In this document: positions 9,448-19,907 of the stretch, one piece after another
Position numbering within the stretch: position 1 is the stretch's first letter
Layout: each line of letters starts with the position of its first letter
Source: Candidatus Binatia bacterium
GTDB taxonomy: Bacteria; Desulfobacterota; Binatia; HRBIN30
DNA: 64,000 nucleotides
Reading direction: 5' to 3'
Assembly (NCBI GenBank): GCA_026004215.1
Contig: BPIR01000002.1
Location: 1,115,031-1,179,030 of the forward strand
Notes under the pieces: model-generated
What the model saw: only the letters and a program-made list of their open reading frames with translations
What the model was told of the DNA's origin: nothing
The model's database searches: none
Position numbers and translations under genes: made by a program

Positions 9448-10566
9448 ATGAATTTCGATTTTTCGGACGACCAGAAGCTGCTGCGCGAAAATGTGCGCTC
9501 GTTCCTCGCCAAAGAGGCGCCGCTCACCCTTTGCCGGCAAGTGCTCGAAACCGATAGCTCCTATTCCGCCAGCTTGTGGCAAGCAGTGGCTGGGCAAGGC
9601 TGGTTGGGCACCGCGATTCCCGAGTCGTACGGTGGGGCTGGATTCGGCCGCTTGGAACTGGCGGTGATCGCCGAGGAATTAGGTCGTGTCCTGGCGCCCG
9701 TTCCGTTTGGGCCCACCGTGTACCTCGCTGCGGAAGCCTTGCTGGTTGCGGGCACGGAAGAGCAAAAGCAACAGTATTTGCCTGAGCTCGGTCGCGGCGG
9801 ACTGATTGCCACCCTGGCACACTCCGAAGGCCCGGGCGAGTCGGGAGAGCGTTTGCCCAAAACAAGCATGCGGTCCGGCAAGCTTACGGGCGAAAAAACT
9901 CCGGTGGCCGATGGAAACATTGCGGACCTCGCGCTCGTGACTGCGAAAAGCGGGCGCGAAGTGGGGCTGGCGATTGTGGACCTGCGCCAGCCGGGGGTGA
10001 CACGCGTGCCCTTGCAATCGCTCGACCCGAGCCGTTCGGTGGCAACGCTTCGCTTCGAGCGTGTGCCGGCAACCTGGCTCGGGGGGCAGCCGTGCGGGTG
10101 GAATACGATCCACCACATTTTCGATCGTGCCGCGGTATTGTTCGCGTTCGAGCAGCTCGGCGGCGCTCAGCGCGCTTTCGAGATCACGCGCGAGTACACC
10201 TTGAATCGTTATGCCTTCGGCCGTCCGATCGGGTCGTTTCAAGCCCTCAAGCATCGGCTGGCAGACTGGTACGTCGAACTCGAACTCACCCGATCCAATT
10301 GTTACTACGGCGCCTGGGCGTTGAGTAACGAAGCTCCCGAGCTCGCAGTGGCGGCTTGCGGCGCGCGGGTCTCCGCTACGAACACGTTCGAGCTCGCGAG
10401 CAAAGAAATGATTCAAATGCACGGCGGTATGGGGTTCACGTGGGAACACGATGCCCACTTGTTCTACCGCCGCGCGCGTTACTTGGCGGCCATTCTCGGG
10501 CCCGCGCCGGTGTGGCGCGAGCGCCTCATTGCGTGCTTGGAAGCGCGCGAGGCCGCATCGTCGTGA
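9448..10566 (+). CDS. Acyl-CoA dehydrogenase family protein.
   Basis: The ACAD fold is present: an N-terminal helical domain, GGxG, and a C-terminal helical domain. It is about 370 aa. Confidence 0.8.
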   Translation: MNFDFSDDQKLLRENVRSFLAKEAPLTLCRQVLETDSSYSASLWQAVAGQGWLGTAIPESYGGAGFGRLELAVIAEELGRVLAPVPFGPTVYLAAEALLVAGTEEQKQQYLPELGRGGLIATLAHSEGPGESGERLPKTSMRSGKLTGEKTPVADGNIADLALVTAKSGREVGLAIVDLRQPGVTRVPLQSLDPSRSVATLRFERVPATWLGGQPCGWNTIHHIFDRAAVLFAFEQLGGAQRAFEITREYTLNRYAFGRPIGSFQALKHRLADWYVELELTRSNCYYGAWALSNEAPELAVAACGARVSATNTFELASKEMIQMHGGMGFTWEHDAHLFYRRARYLAAILGPAPVWRERLIACLEAREAASS

Positions 10567-10583
10567 GTTACGGAGGGAGGCCC

Positions 10584-11822
10584 ATGGATTTCAACGACAC
10601 CCCAGAAGAAGCCGCATTTCGAGCCGAGGCTCGTGCGTGGCTGGAAGCCAACGCCGAGCCGCTAGCCCCGGGCGAGCAGCCGGCCGGGCTGGAGGGGCGA
10701 TTCGATCCGGATATGGTGCGCAAGGCGCAGGAGTGGCAGCGCAAAAAGGCCGATGCGGGCTGGGCTTGCATTACCTGGCCCAAGGAGTACGGCGGCCGCG
10801 GTGCCACCCCAATTCAGGCGGTCATTTGGAGCCAGGAGGAGGCGCGCTTCAAAACACCTCCGAACATCTTCGCCATCGGGCAGGGCATGTTGGGTCCGAC
10901 CATCATGGTGCACGGGACCGAGGAGCAAAAACGCCGGTACCTCCCGCCCATGTTGCGGGGTGACGAGATTTGGTGCCAACTCTTCAGTGAACCGGCTGCC
11001 GGTTCGGACCTTGCCGGCTTGCGCACCACGGCTGTGCGCGACGGCGACGACTGGATCATCAACGGACAGAAAATTTGGACGACGGGTGCGCAATACTCGA
11101 AGTGGGGCATGATCGTGACCCGCACCGACCCGAATGCCGAGAAGCACCGAGGCATTACGTACTTTATCGTGGACATGCAGTCGCCCGGCATCGAAATCCG
11201 CCCCATCAAGCAAATGAACGGCATGTCGAGCTTCAACGAGGTGTTTTTCACCGATGTGCGGGTGCCGGACAAGAACCGGGTGGGCGATGTGAACGACGGC
11301 TGGCGCTGTGCGCTCACCACGCTGATGAACGAACGCCACGCCATTGGTGCGGGTTCGGGCGGTCCGGAGTTTCGGGACTTGTTTCGGCTGGCTCGGACGA
11401 TGTCGTGGAACGGGAAGCCGGCGCTGCAAGATGCGGGCGTGCGCCAACGGCTGGCGGATTTTTACGTCCGCGCCAAGGGCTTGCAGTACACGAGCTATCG
11501 CGTGCAGACGGCTCTTTCTCGGGGGCAGACGCCCGGACCTGAAAGCTCCATCGGGAAACTGGTCGGCGCGCCCCTGCGGCAAAACATGGCGGCGTTTGCT
11601 CTCGAACTCGAGGGTGCTGCGGCTATGGTGCTGGACCGGGCTGCGCCGGAAGATGCGCTTTGGCAACTGGCATATCTGGGGTCGCCCGGTTTGCGGTTGG
11701 CCGGAGGAACCGACGAGATCTTGCGTAACATTATCGCAGAGCGAGTACTTGGGCTCCCGCCCGAGATTCGCGTGGACAAGGGAATTCCGTTCAAGGACGT
11801 ACCCACCGGTCCCCGGCTGTAA
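10584..11822 (+). CDS. Acyl-CoA dehydrogenase family protein, second subunit-like paralogue.
   Basis: The ATG at 10584 follows a GGAGGGAGG RBS 17 bp after the upstream stop. ACAD middle and C-terminal domains are present. The 10356 ORF extension is an artefact. Confidence 0.8.
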   Translation: MDFNDTPEEAAFRAEARAWLEANAEPLAPGEQPAGLEGRFDPDMVRKAQEWQRKKADAGWACITWPKEYGGRGATPIQAVIWSQEEARFKTPPNIFAIGQGMLGPTIMVHGTEEQKRRYLPPMLRGDEIWCQLFSEPAAGSDLAGLRTTAVRDGDDWIINGQKIWTTGAQYSKWGMIVTRTDPNAEKHRGITYFIVDMQSPGIEIRPIKQMNGMSSFNEVFFTDVRVPDKNRVGDVNDGWRCALTTLMNERHAIGAGSGGPEFRDLFRLARTMSWNGKPALQDAGVRQRLADFYVRAKGLQYTSYRVQTALSRGQTPGPESSIGKLVGAPLRQNMAAFALELEGAAAMVLDRAAPEDALWQLAYLGSPGLRLAGGTDEILRNIIAERVLGLPPEIRVDKGIPFKDVPTGPRL

Positions 11823-11942
11823 TCTCTGGCCCGCCAGCGACGGGTATTCGGCGATCCCGCCCGTTGCGGTGCCGCCGGGTCGCGTGGGGGCTCGCGTACG
11901 CTCGCGACCGACCGCGAGGCTCGCCGCGCCGAGGTATGCGCC

Positions 11943-13145
11943 GTGAGCGGGGAGAACCGGCGCGCTTTTGCACTGCTGTTTGCGTGTCTCCTTTGCGTGG
12001 GCATGGGGCAGTCCATGCTGTTCTCCATTCTACCGCCGGCCGCACGGGAAATCGGCATCTCCCCGTTTCAAGTCTCGACGATCTTTGCCACCTCCGCGTT
12101 CCTGTGGGTGTTCGTCAGCCCGTGGTGGGGGCGACGCAGCGATGTGGCCGGACGCCGCAAGATCATTCTCATCGGGCTACTGGGCTACGCCGCCTCGATG
12201 GTGGCGCTGGCGACAGTGATTCGCATTGGCATCGAACGCTGGCTTCCGACCAGCGTGGTTTATCCCTTGCTCATTGCCTCGCGTTGTATTTTCGCTTTGG
12301 TGGGTTCCGGCACTGGGCCAGCCTCGCAAGCGTACATCGCCGACCGCACCTCGCGCAGCGAACGAACTGCGGGCGTGGCGTTGGTCAGCGCGGCGATGGG
12401 CCTCGGTGAAACCGTCGGTCCGGGCCTGGGGGCGGCGTTGGCTTCCTTGGGAATCGTAGCGCCGCTGTACGTGGCCGCTGCCTTGGCCGTCGTAAGCGCT
12501 TGGACCATTTGGAATTTTCTGCCGGAAACGGAACTCCCGCGAGAGCAGCGGCCGCAACGGGCTCCGCGCCTCAGCGTGGCCGACCGGCGAGTGCTTCCGT
12601 TTCTCGCCGTGGTTACCGCTTTGCAGGCGGTCCGGGCCACGACGATCATCACCCTCGCCTTTTTTCTGCAGGACACACTCGGACTGGACGCCCACACTAC
12701 CGTACAATACGCAGGTGTGGGCTTTGTCGTGCTGGCCGCGGCTGGTTTGTTTTCGCAGCTCGTGATCGTGCAGCGCTTTCGCCCGATGCCCCGAGCGATG
12801 ATCCGTGCAGGCTCGGCGCTGATGTGGGCAGCGTTTGCGCTGTTTGTCGTGGGAGGGTCGCTGCCGGTGTATTTGCTCGCGCTGGTGGCGTTAGGGCTGG
12901 GCATGGGTCTGGTGCGCCCAGGGGCGGCAGCTGCGGCCTCGCTCTCTGTAAGCCCGACCGAACAAGGCTCGGTTGCGGGTCTGCTCGGCGGTGTGTCGGT
13001 GATCGGTAACGTGGTTGGACCCATGCTGGGCACGGCTTTATACAGTTTGGACCGTCACGGGCCCCACCTGCTGAACGCGGCGATCATGAGTGCCATTGTG
13101 TTGCTGGTGTGGACCAACCAGCGCATCCGGCGCGCGCATGCCTGA
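11943..13145 (+). CDS. MFS transporter.
   Basis: About 12 hydrophobic segments are present, plus a GRRSDVAGRRK loop motif between TM2 and TM3. Confidence 0.75.
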   Translation: MSGENRRAFALLFACLLCVGMGQSMLFSILPPAAREIGISPFQVSTIFATSAFLWVFVSPWWGRRSDVAGRRKIILIGLLGYAASMVALATVIRIGIERWLPTSVVYPLLIASRCIFALVGSGTGPASQAYIADRTSRSERTAGVALVSAAMGLGETVGPGLGAALASLGIVAPLYVAAALAVVSAWTIWNFLPETELPREQRPQRAPRLSVADRRVLPFLAVVTALQAVRATTIITLAFFLQDTLGLDAHTTVQYAGVGFVVLAAAGLFSQLVIVQRFRPMPRAMIRAGSALMWAAFALFVVGGSLPVYLLALVALGLGMGLVRPGAAAAASLSVSPTEQGSVAGLLGGVSVIGNVVGPMLGTALYSLDRHGPHLLNAAIMSAIVLLVWTNQRIRRAHA

Positions 13146-13165
13146 ACGCACGAAATGGAGGGACG

Positions 13166-14155
13166 ATGGCCGAGCCAGTAACGTTGTTTGCCAATCGCGA
13201 GTTTCTGCAACAATATGGCGAGCGCGTCCGGACGGCATGCGCGGCTCATGGCCGCGAGCTGGACACCGTTGTGGCTCCCGAAGCTGGGCAGCGGCTCGAA
13301 GATTCGCGGGTCGGGCAAATCACGGTGGCCACCTTTAACGGCTACTGGGAAGCGGATGCCCAGTTTACGCGCCAGTTTTTCGGCATTTTGCTGCGTGCCC
13401 CCCAACTGCAATGGCTGCACGTGCCCAATGCAGGAGTGGATCACCCGGTGTTTTCGATGTTGCTGGAGCGGGGAGTGGTTCTAACCACGTCGGCCGGAGC
13501 CAACGCCGTACCGGTTGCGCAGTCCGTCATGGCGGCGGTGCTGGGGTTTGCCCGTGGCTTGCCACAGTGGTTCGACGCAAAGCGAAGAAAACGTTGGCAA
13601 CCGCTCGGCGAGCAACGCCGCGACCTCGCCGGCCAAACCATGGTCATCGTGGGGCTCGGGGCCATTGGGCAGGAAGTCGCACGGCTGGCAAAAGCGTGCG
13701 GACTGCGTGTGGTTGCAGTGCGGACGCAGTGCAAACCAGCGCCGAACGCGGACGAGGTCGTGTCTCTGGAAGAGCTCGACGCGGTACTGCCGAAGGCGGA
13801 CTGGTTGGTGCTCACGTGCCCGCTCACGGAGCGAACCCGAGGTCTTGTCGGCCGAGCGCGTCTCGATCGCTTGCCGCGCCACGCCCATGTCATCAACGTA
13901 AGTCGCGGCGCGGTGCTCGACGAGAATGCCCTCGTCAATGCTTTGCAGCAAGGCACGATCGCGGGAGCTTACCTCGACGTGTTCGCCGAGGAGCCGTTGC
14001 CCGTAGAGTCGCCGCTCTGGGACTTGGAAAACGTCATTCTGTCGCCTCACGATGCGGCCGGAGCGCTCGGCAATCGCCAGCGGGTCAGCGCGTTGTTTTT
14101 GGAAAACCTGGAACGCTGGCTTCGGGGCGAGGAACTCAAAAATCGCGTGCGTTGA
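13166..14155 (+). CDS. D-isomer-specific 2-hydroxyacid dehydrogenase (NAD-binding).
   Basis: An NAD-binding motif GLGAIGQEVARLA and a catalytic-domain histidine region (SPHDAAG) are present. Confidence 0.8.
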   Translation: MAEPVTLFANREFLQQYGERVRTACAAHGRELDTVVAPEAGQRLEDSRVGQITVATFNGYWEADAQFTRQFFGILLRAPQLQWLHVPNAGVDHPVFSMLLERGVVLTTSAGANAVPVAQSVMAAVLGFARGLPQWFDAKRRKRWQPLGEQRRDLAGQTMVIVGLGAIGQEVARLAKACGLRVVAVRTQCKPAPNADEVVSLEELDAVLPKADWLVLTCPLTERTRGLVGRARLDRLPRHAHVINVSRGAVLDENALVNALQQGTIAGAYLDVFAEEPLPVESPLWDLENVILSPHDAAGALGNRQRVSALFLENLERWLRGEELKNRVR

Positions 14156-14184
14156 GCCGCTGGCTTGCGCGCGTGGCCCTCGTT

Positions 14185-14994
14185 CTATTTACGCGCGGCG
14201 TGCTGGAGAACGGCCAGCGCTTGTGCGTGGATGCGCCGGTCCCCAGCCGCGATCACCTGTCCGCCTTGGCTGCAGTCGCCACCGTTCCAGTCGCTCATCA
14301 CCCCGCCGGCTCGCTCTACGATGGGAATCAACGCCTGGACGTCGTACGGTTGTAGGCCGGACTCGACGACTAGGTCGATACATCCCAAGGCCACCATGCA
14401 ATACGCGTAGCAATCGCCACTGAAGCGTGTGAGTTGCACGCGCCGTTGCAGTTCCTCGAACGCGGCGCGCTCCCGCTCATCGAACATTCCGGGATGGGTG
14501 CATTGCAGCCTCGCCTCGGCCAGTGAGCCGCACGGGCGCGTGCGTAGTGGAATGGTCTGCCCGCGGTGATGTAGCGTGGCACCTAGCTCGCTGGCCGCGA
14601 ACCGCTCGCCCGTGAACGGCTGATCCATCATACCCAGAACCGGCCCCTTGCCGTCGTTCAGAGCGATGAGCGTGCCCCAAAGAGGAATGCCGGTGAGAAA
14701 CGCACGGGTGCCGTCAATGGGGTCGAGCACCCAGGTCCAGGGCTCCTGGCCGGCGTGCATTCCCTGCTCTTCGCCGTGAATGCCGTGAGTCGGATACCGC
14801 TCCCGGATCAGGCGGCGCATGATCTCCTCGGCAGCGTGATCCGCTGCGGTAACGGGATCGAACGTGCTATCGGCCGCCTTGTTCGATGTTTCTGGTGCGG
14901 CGCGAAAGAACGGTAAAATTGCCTGCCCAGCCGCATCGGCCAGCATGTGGGCAAAATCGAGAAACTCGCGGAGCTGATCGTGCGAAACGCTCAT
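14185..14994 (-). CDS. Inositol monophosphatase family protein (IMPase/HisN-like).
   Basis: The metal-binding motifs WVLDPIDGT and a WD...G segment are present. Confidence 0.75.
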   Translation of the reverse strand: MSVSHDQLREFLDFAHMLADAAGQAILPFFRAAPETSNKAADSTFDPVTAADHAAEEIMRRLIRERYPTHGIHGEEQGMHAGQEPWTWVLDPIDGTRAFLTGIPLWGTLIALNDGKGPVLGMMDQPFTGERFAASELGATLHHRGQTIPLRTRPCGSLAEARLQCTHPGMFDERERAAFEELQRRVQLTRFSGDCYAYCMVALGCIDLVVESGLQPYDVQALIPIVERAGGVMSDWNGGDCSQGGQVIAAGDRRIHAQALAVLQHAARK

Positions 14995-15171
14995 GCGTGC
15001 ACCTGTGCGCCGGTTCTACCAGTTACCGTGGCGGAGGCAACGGCGGAAACTCGGGCATGTCTCGGGTGCCCCAGAGGTTTCCAGTGCGCCGAGCGTCGTG
15101 GAGCGAGGGGACATGCGTTCGTGCACTTCCCCCACTACCCGCAGATCGTCACGAACGGGTCGCGGCTGGTG

Positions 15172-17328
15172 CTAGGGGTTGCTGTGCAGCGGGTGAGGGG
15201 CGCCATCGCGGAGAAACACGAGAATCGTATCCAGCGGCACGCTGAAGGTGACGACGGCAGGCCCCTCGTAGATCTCGTCGGGCTTCCAGAACGTTCTCCA
15301 GCGGCCGCGCGGGAAGTAAACCGACCGTTGCCGCTGGCCGACCCGCCAAACCGGTGCAACCATGAGGTCGGGGCCGAACATGTACTGATCCCAGCGATCC
15401 GCCAGTTCGGGGTCCGCCGGGTCGAAAAACACCATCGGGCGAACTAGGGGCATGCCGCGGCGAGCGTCTTGTGCTGCTGCCACGATGTACGGTTGCAAGT
15501 CGTGCCGCAGGCGCGTGTAGCGGCGATAAATTTCGATCATCTCTTCATCGTATCGGGGCTCGGTGGGCATATCCCACGGTGCGTGGGAGCCCTTGCCTCC
15601 GATTTCCATGATGCCGGAGAACGTGCTGAACTCGATCCAGCGGGCAAACACGTCGCGTTGCTTGAACTGGTAATACCCGCCCGTATCGGATCCCCAGATG
15701 GGAAAGCCCAGAAATGCCGCGCGCTGTTGGGAGATGATGGCGCTGCGCAGCCCGAGGTCGGTTCCCGAACCCTCGCCGAAGTTCTCGCTACCGGCAGTAT
15801 CGCCTCCCCAAACGATCGAGTCCGCCTGGGTGCCGGTGTAACCGGAGCGGGTAATCAACACATAGTCGCCATTCGGCCAGGCCCGATCCAATGCTTCCCG
15901 GTGCATGCGCGTTTGCAACACCACGTAATCGTTGTGCACCTCGCGGCCGGTGCGGCCATCGAACCAGATATCGTCGCGTTGCGAGGGGATGTGCTCCTCG
16001 CCGCGGTCCAGCTTGACGCCGTGAATGGCCTCGGCCTGCAAAAAACGCGCTAAGCGTTCGGCAAACCACTGCCGCGCGGCGGGGTTGGTCACGTCAAGGA
16101 TAAAACTGCGGCCGCGCACGTCATCGCAAAACGGGGGTCCAGTCCGCCGCATGGGGGCGATGAACCCCAATTGTTGGGCTTCGAAGCCATTGTCGCCCGG
16201 AGAATCACCGCACACCCAAGCGGCACTCCAAGTGACGATGCGGTAGCCCCGGCGCCGCAAAGCCTCGAGCATGGCGCGAGCGTTGGGTAGTCGCTCCTCG
16301 TCCCACGCGAAGCGCGCAAAGCCGAAGTTTCCTTGCAGAACCGGCCGGTCGAGCAAGTACACTCCCGCAGGAATGCCCAGGGCCTCGTACATGCGCACGT
16401 CCTCGGCCACCTGTGCATTGACCGGAATCCCGTCGAGCTCGCCCGGCTCGCCGATGGCCAGTTCGTCGCGCCAGCGCCAATGCAGGAACGCCCATGCCGG
16501 TGGCACCATCGGCCGCCCCGTCAGCGCCGTGTACTCGTCGAGGATGCGAGGGAAGTCGGGACCGTAAAACAAGAAAAACGCGAGGCGTTGATTCTCGGGT
16601 CGGCTGCCGGTTTCGAACGCGAACGAGACTTCATTCGGCTGGGTGGCACCAAGGTCGTAGAGCCCGGGCATGGTTCCGCCTACAGCAACACCATAGCCAC
16701 GGGAGCTTTGGTAGAACGGGGCGTACACGGCGATGGTCGGACGGATAAACATTTCGACCGTTTCTCCGCGCCGATCCAGAGAGCCAACTTCTTGCGGGCG
16801 CACGTCATCCTGAGGAGTCTCCACGATACCCGGCAGGAGCGGCGGGGAGTCGCGCAGGCGTTCGGTGAGCCCGTAAATCCGCTCGTCGTTCGGGCTCTCC
16901 CATGCGGCTCCAATTCGAGCGGTCATCGCCGCTCGGGGTGGCTCGAATGTCGCCTGCACGGTGCGCGCCGTGAGCAAGCGAATTTCGAGGAGAGCGTCTT
17001 CCCTCTCGGTAGTCTCTAAAAGGAGCCGAACGCCCGCGCCATCACGGGTCGCTTGTCTGACGGCAGTTGCGGAATGGATGGCGCTGTCGCGCTGGTAGAA
17101 CAAACCTCGGGCCGCGGTACGCGTCAGGACCTGGCTACCGCCGCCACCGGTAAATTCCAATTGGAACGGCCGGCGGCTCACCCTCACCGACAACGCCTCC
17201 GAGCGCAGCTCGATGTCGGCGGCACCCATGCGCACTTCAAAGGGCGCGCTTGCGCCGGGCTCTCCGTCGTCACCGCAAGCGCACAAGAGAAGCGCAGCTC
17301 CAACCAATGACCACAGCAACCGTCTCAC
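15172..17328 (-). CDS. Glycoside hydrolase family 31 (alpha-glucosidase/alpha-xylosidase-like), secreted lipoprotein.
   Basis: The signal sequence LLLCACGDDGE is followed by a GH31 catalytic region (VWGGDTAGSENF, HAPWDMPT). Confidence 0.7.
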   Translation of the reverse strand: MRRLLWSLVGAALLLCACGDDGEPGASAPFEVRMGAADIELRSEALSVRVSRRPFQLEFTGGGGSQVLTRTAARGLFYQRDSAIHSATAVRQATRDGAGVRLLLETTEREDALLEIRLLTARTVQATFEPPRAAMTARIGAAWESPNDERIYGLTERLRDSPPLLPGIVETPQDDVRPQEVGSLDRRGETVEMFIRPTIAVYAPFYQSSRGYGVAVGGTMPGLYDLGATQPNEVSFAFETGSRPENQRLAFFLFYGPDFPRILDEYTALTGRPMVPPAWAFLHWRWRDELAIGEPGELDGIPVNAQVAEDVRMYEALGIPAGVYLLDRPVLQGNFGFARFAWDEERLPNARAMLEALRRRGYRIVTWSAAWVCGDSPGDNGFEAQQLGFIAPMRRTGPPFCDDVRGRSFILDVTNPAARQWFAERLARFLQAEAIHGVKLDRGEEHIPSQRDDIWFDGRTGREVHNDYVVLQTRMHREALDRAWPNGDYVLITRSGYTGTQADSIVWGGDTAGSENFGEGSGTDLGLRSAIISQQRAAFLGFPIWGSDTGGYYQFKQRDVFARWIEFSTFSGIMEIGGKGSHAPWDMPTEPRYDEEMIEIYRRYTRLRHDLQPYIVAAAQDARRGMPLVRPMVFFDPADPELADRWDQYMFGPDLMVAPVWRVGQRQRSVYFPRGRWRTFWKPDEIYEGPAVVTFSVPLDTILVFLRDGAPHPLHSNP

Positions 17329-17488
17329 GACCGGGCCACGTTTGTCTCAAGGGACGGCACGAGGCAAGTCTGGCCACCGCCGTAGCCCTGGGGAAGCGCC
17401 GTTCCCGGGCTGCCCCGCACACGCGCGTAACTGCAAGCGCAGCGTTCCGCTCAGGAGGGAGGAAAATGTCGTAAGCCGGAAAATGCCT

Positions 17489-19780
17489 TTACTGAGCGCC
17501 GGCCGGCGGTGTTGCCGCAGGCAGGGTCGGCGCAGGAGGCTGCAAAGCGGCAAGCTGTTCCACCAGTTTTTCCGGCTCGGTGACCGGCAGTTTGCAGGTG
17601 AAGTTTTCGCACACGTACGCCGTTGCTTTTCCTTTTTGCAGGGGCTGGCGGGCCAGAAAAGGCAGTAAGCTTTGTGTCTCTCGGTCCTGCGGGTCGTGAA
17701 GCACCGTGAGCGCGCGCGGCAGGTACGTTTGCACGGCGATTTTCCAGAGTGCGGCGGTGTCGTCCCGCTGTTTCGGGCCCACGACCACGATTTCCTGACG
17801 CGGCCCCAAGGCAAAATCCAGCGCGAGCAAGGCATAGCAATAGGCAGTGGGGGCTTTGGCAATGTCCGCCGCGTTGCTCCGTAGCACGTCCATACCCCGT
17901 TCTTGGTAGAGCTTGTTTTGGCGCAAATGCCCCAAGCGTAACAGCACCTCCGCAGCGACGGAGTGCCCGGAGGGCAGGGCTGCGTCTTCCAGCGGCCACG
18001 GACCTGCGATCAGTTCCGGTTGGTCCGTGCCCACATAGCGCAACGTGTTTCGTTGGTTGTCCCAGAAGAGGGCCAGCATGCGCTCCAGAAGGTGCTCGGT
18101 GTCCCGCAGCCAGCGGGCCTCCCCAGTGGCTTGGAAGAGTTCGAACGTTCCACTGGCGAGGTAGGCGTAGTCTTCGAGGTAGGCGGGTGGTCCGATCTGG
18201 CCGCGATACCAACTGCGGCGCAAGCGATCTTGTGGCTGCATGTGCTGCAAGATCCAGTTCGCTGCTTGCTGGGCTGCCTCGATGTACTCGGGCTTGTTCC
18301 ATTGTACCCCGGCTTGTGCCAGGGTTCCGATCATCAGGCCGTTCCAACCGGCTAGGATTTTTTCATCCCGCGCGGGCTTGAGTCGTTGGTTGCGGGCCGC
18401 CAGTAAGGCCTGCCGCACTTTGTGCATTTTCTGGAGGGCCGTGTGCGGGTCCATGCCCTTCTGGCGCAAGAAGTCCTCGACGGGAAGGGAAACAGCGAGG
18501 GGCATCGGAGTGTTATCCGCCGGAAGGCCGAACAACTCTGCCACCCATGGACCATCCTCCGGCCCGAGTGCTTGGAGAACTTCTGCGCGCGACCAAACGT
18601 AGAAGGCACCTTCTTTGCCGCCGCTTTGTGCGTCCTCGGCCGCGTAAAACGGCCCTTCAGGAGCCCTGAGGCGGCCCAGCACGTAGGCGAAGACTTCCGC
18701 GGCGGCGCCAATGTACTCCGCGCTGGGCATGGCGCGTGCAGCTTCTACGTAGGCGCGTGCGATCGTTGCTTGATCGTACAGCATTTTCTCGTAATGCGGC
18801 ACGCGCCACGCCGCATCGGTGGAATAGCGGTGAAAACCTCCACCGAGGAAATCGCGGATTCCACCGCGGCCCATTTTTTGGAGCGTCATCAACGCCATGC
18901 GCCGCGCCACCGGGTCGCCGCTGCGATACGAATAACGAAGCAGGAACTGCAGCACGTGCGGCTGCGGGAACTTGGGGGCATGACCAAATCCGCCGTTGGT
19001 CGCGTCGAACAACTGCGTCAGGTGCACGGCGGCGCGGCGCAACACGATTTCGTCGAGCGAACCTCCGGGTTGTGGGCCGCTGGCCCGTAGCGCGTCGCGC
19101 AGGGATTCTGCAGCCTGGCGAGCGGCGTCGCCTTGCTTTTTCCATGAGCTACTCACGGTTGCCAAAAGCCGCTTCATGCCGGGGCGCCCGGCGGCGTCTT
19201 CAGCAGGGAAGTACGTGCCCCCGTAAAACGGCTCCCGTTCGGGGGTAAGAAATACTGTGAGCGGCCATCCCGCGTTGCCCATCAGTCGTTGCACCGCCGC
19301 TATGTAGACGGCGTCCACGTCCGGCCGTTCCTCGCGATCCACCTTCACGCAAACGAAGTCGCGATTCAGGATCTGCGCGATCTCTTCGTTGTCGAAGCTT
19401 TCCTCCGCCATCACGTGACACCAGTGACAAGTGGAATACCCGATGGACAAGAACACCGGCTTGTTTTCCTCACGGGCTCGCCGGAAGGCTTCGTCGCCCC
19501 ACGGGTACCAGTCCACGGGGTTTTGCGCGTGCAATTGGAGGTAAGGGTTGGCCTCGAAAATCAGCCGGTTCAAAAATTTGGGCCGCCCGTCGGGCCGGCG
19601 GTGGCGCGAGTGCACTGGCCGGCCGTTTTGTTCCCAGGCTTGCCACAAACGCTGGGTCAGCTCGGCGGAGAATCGCGGGGCGCCCGGTAGCTCGACCACC
19701 GGTGAGCCGGCTTCGACCGCGGGGGCCGAAGCGGCCAAGGTAATCCATGCAGCAATCACAGCAACACGGCGGCGCATCAC
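17489..19780 (-). CDS. Thioredoxin-domain protein, DUF255/YyaL family, with signal peptide.
   Basis: The sequence [47 protein letters not shown] is typical of the DUF255 thioredoxin-like module. A long alpha/alpha-toroid-like C-terminal domain follows. Confidence 0.75.
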   Translation of the reverse strand: MMRRRVAVIAAWITLAASAPAVEAGSPVVELPGAPRFSAELTQRLWQAWEQNGRPVHSRHRRPDGRPKFLNRLIFEANPYLQLHAQNPVDWYPWGDEAFRRAREENKPVFLSIGYSTCHWCHVMAEESFDNEEIAQILNRDFVCVKVDREERPDVDAVYIAAVQRLMGNAGWPLTVFLTPEREPFYGGTYFPAEDAAGRPGMKRLLATVSSSWKKQGDAARQAAESLRDALRASGPQPGGSLDEIVLRRAAVHLTQLFDATNGGFGHAPKFPQPHVLQFLLRYSYRSGDPVARRMALMTLQKMGRGGIRDFLGGGFHRYSTDAAWRVPHYEKMLYDQATIARAYVEAARAMPSAEYIGAAAEVFAYVLGRLRAPEGPFYAAEDAQSGGKEGAFYVWSRAEVLQALGPEDGPWVAELFGLPADNTPMPLAVSLPVEDFLRQKGMDPHTALQKMHKVRQALLAARNQRLKPARDEKILAGWNGLMIGTLAQAGVQWNKPEYIEAAQQAANWILQHMQPQDRLRRSWYRGQIGPPAYLEDYAYLASGTFELFQATGEARWLRDTEHLLERMLALFWDNQRNTLRYVGTDQPELIAGPWPLEDAALPSGHSVAAEVLLRLGHLRQNKLYQERGMDVLRSNAADIAKAPTAYCYALLALDFALGPRQEIVVVGPKQRDDTAALWKIAVQTYLPRALTVLHDPQDRETQSLLPFLARQPLQKGKATAYVCENFTCKLPVTEPEKLVEQLAALQPPAPTLPAATPPAGAQ

Positions 19781-19907
19781 GGTTCCGCACTATGAACGTT
19801 CCGCCGGCCCATGTCCACGCTTGCCTTGACGATCGCGAAGCGCGTTCCTTTCGGAGGACTCCACGGTACCGGCAGCCCGAGGAAATGCTGGCCTGGAGCG
19901 GCGCGAT

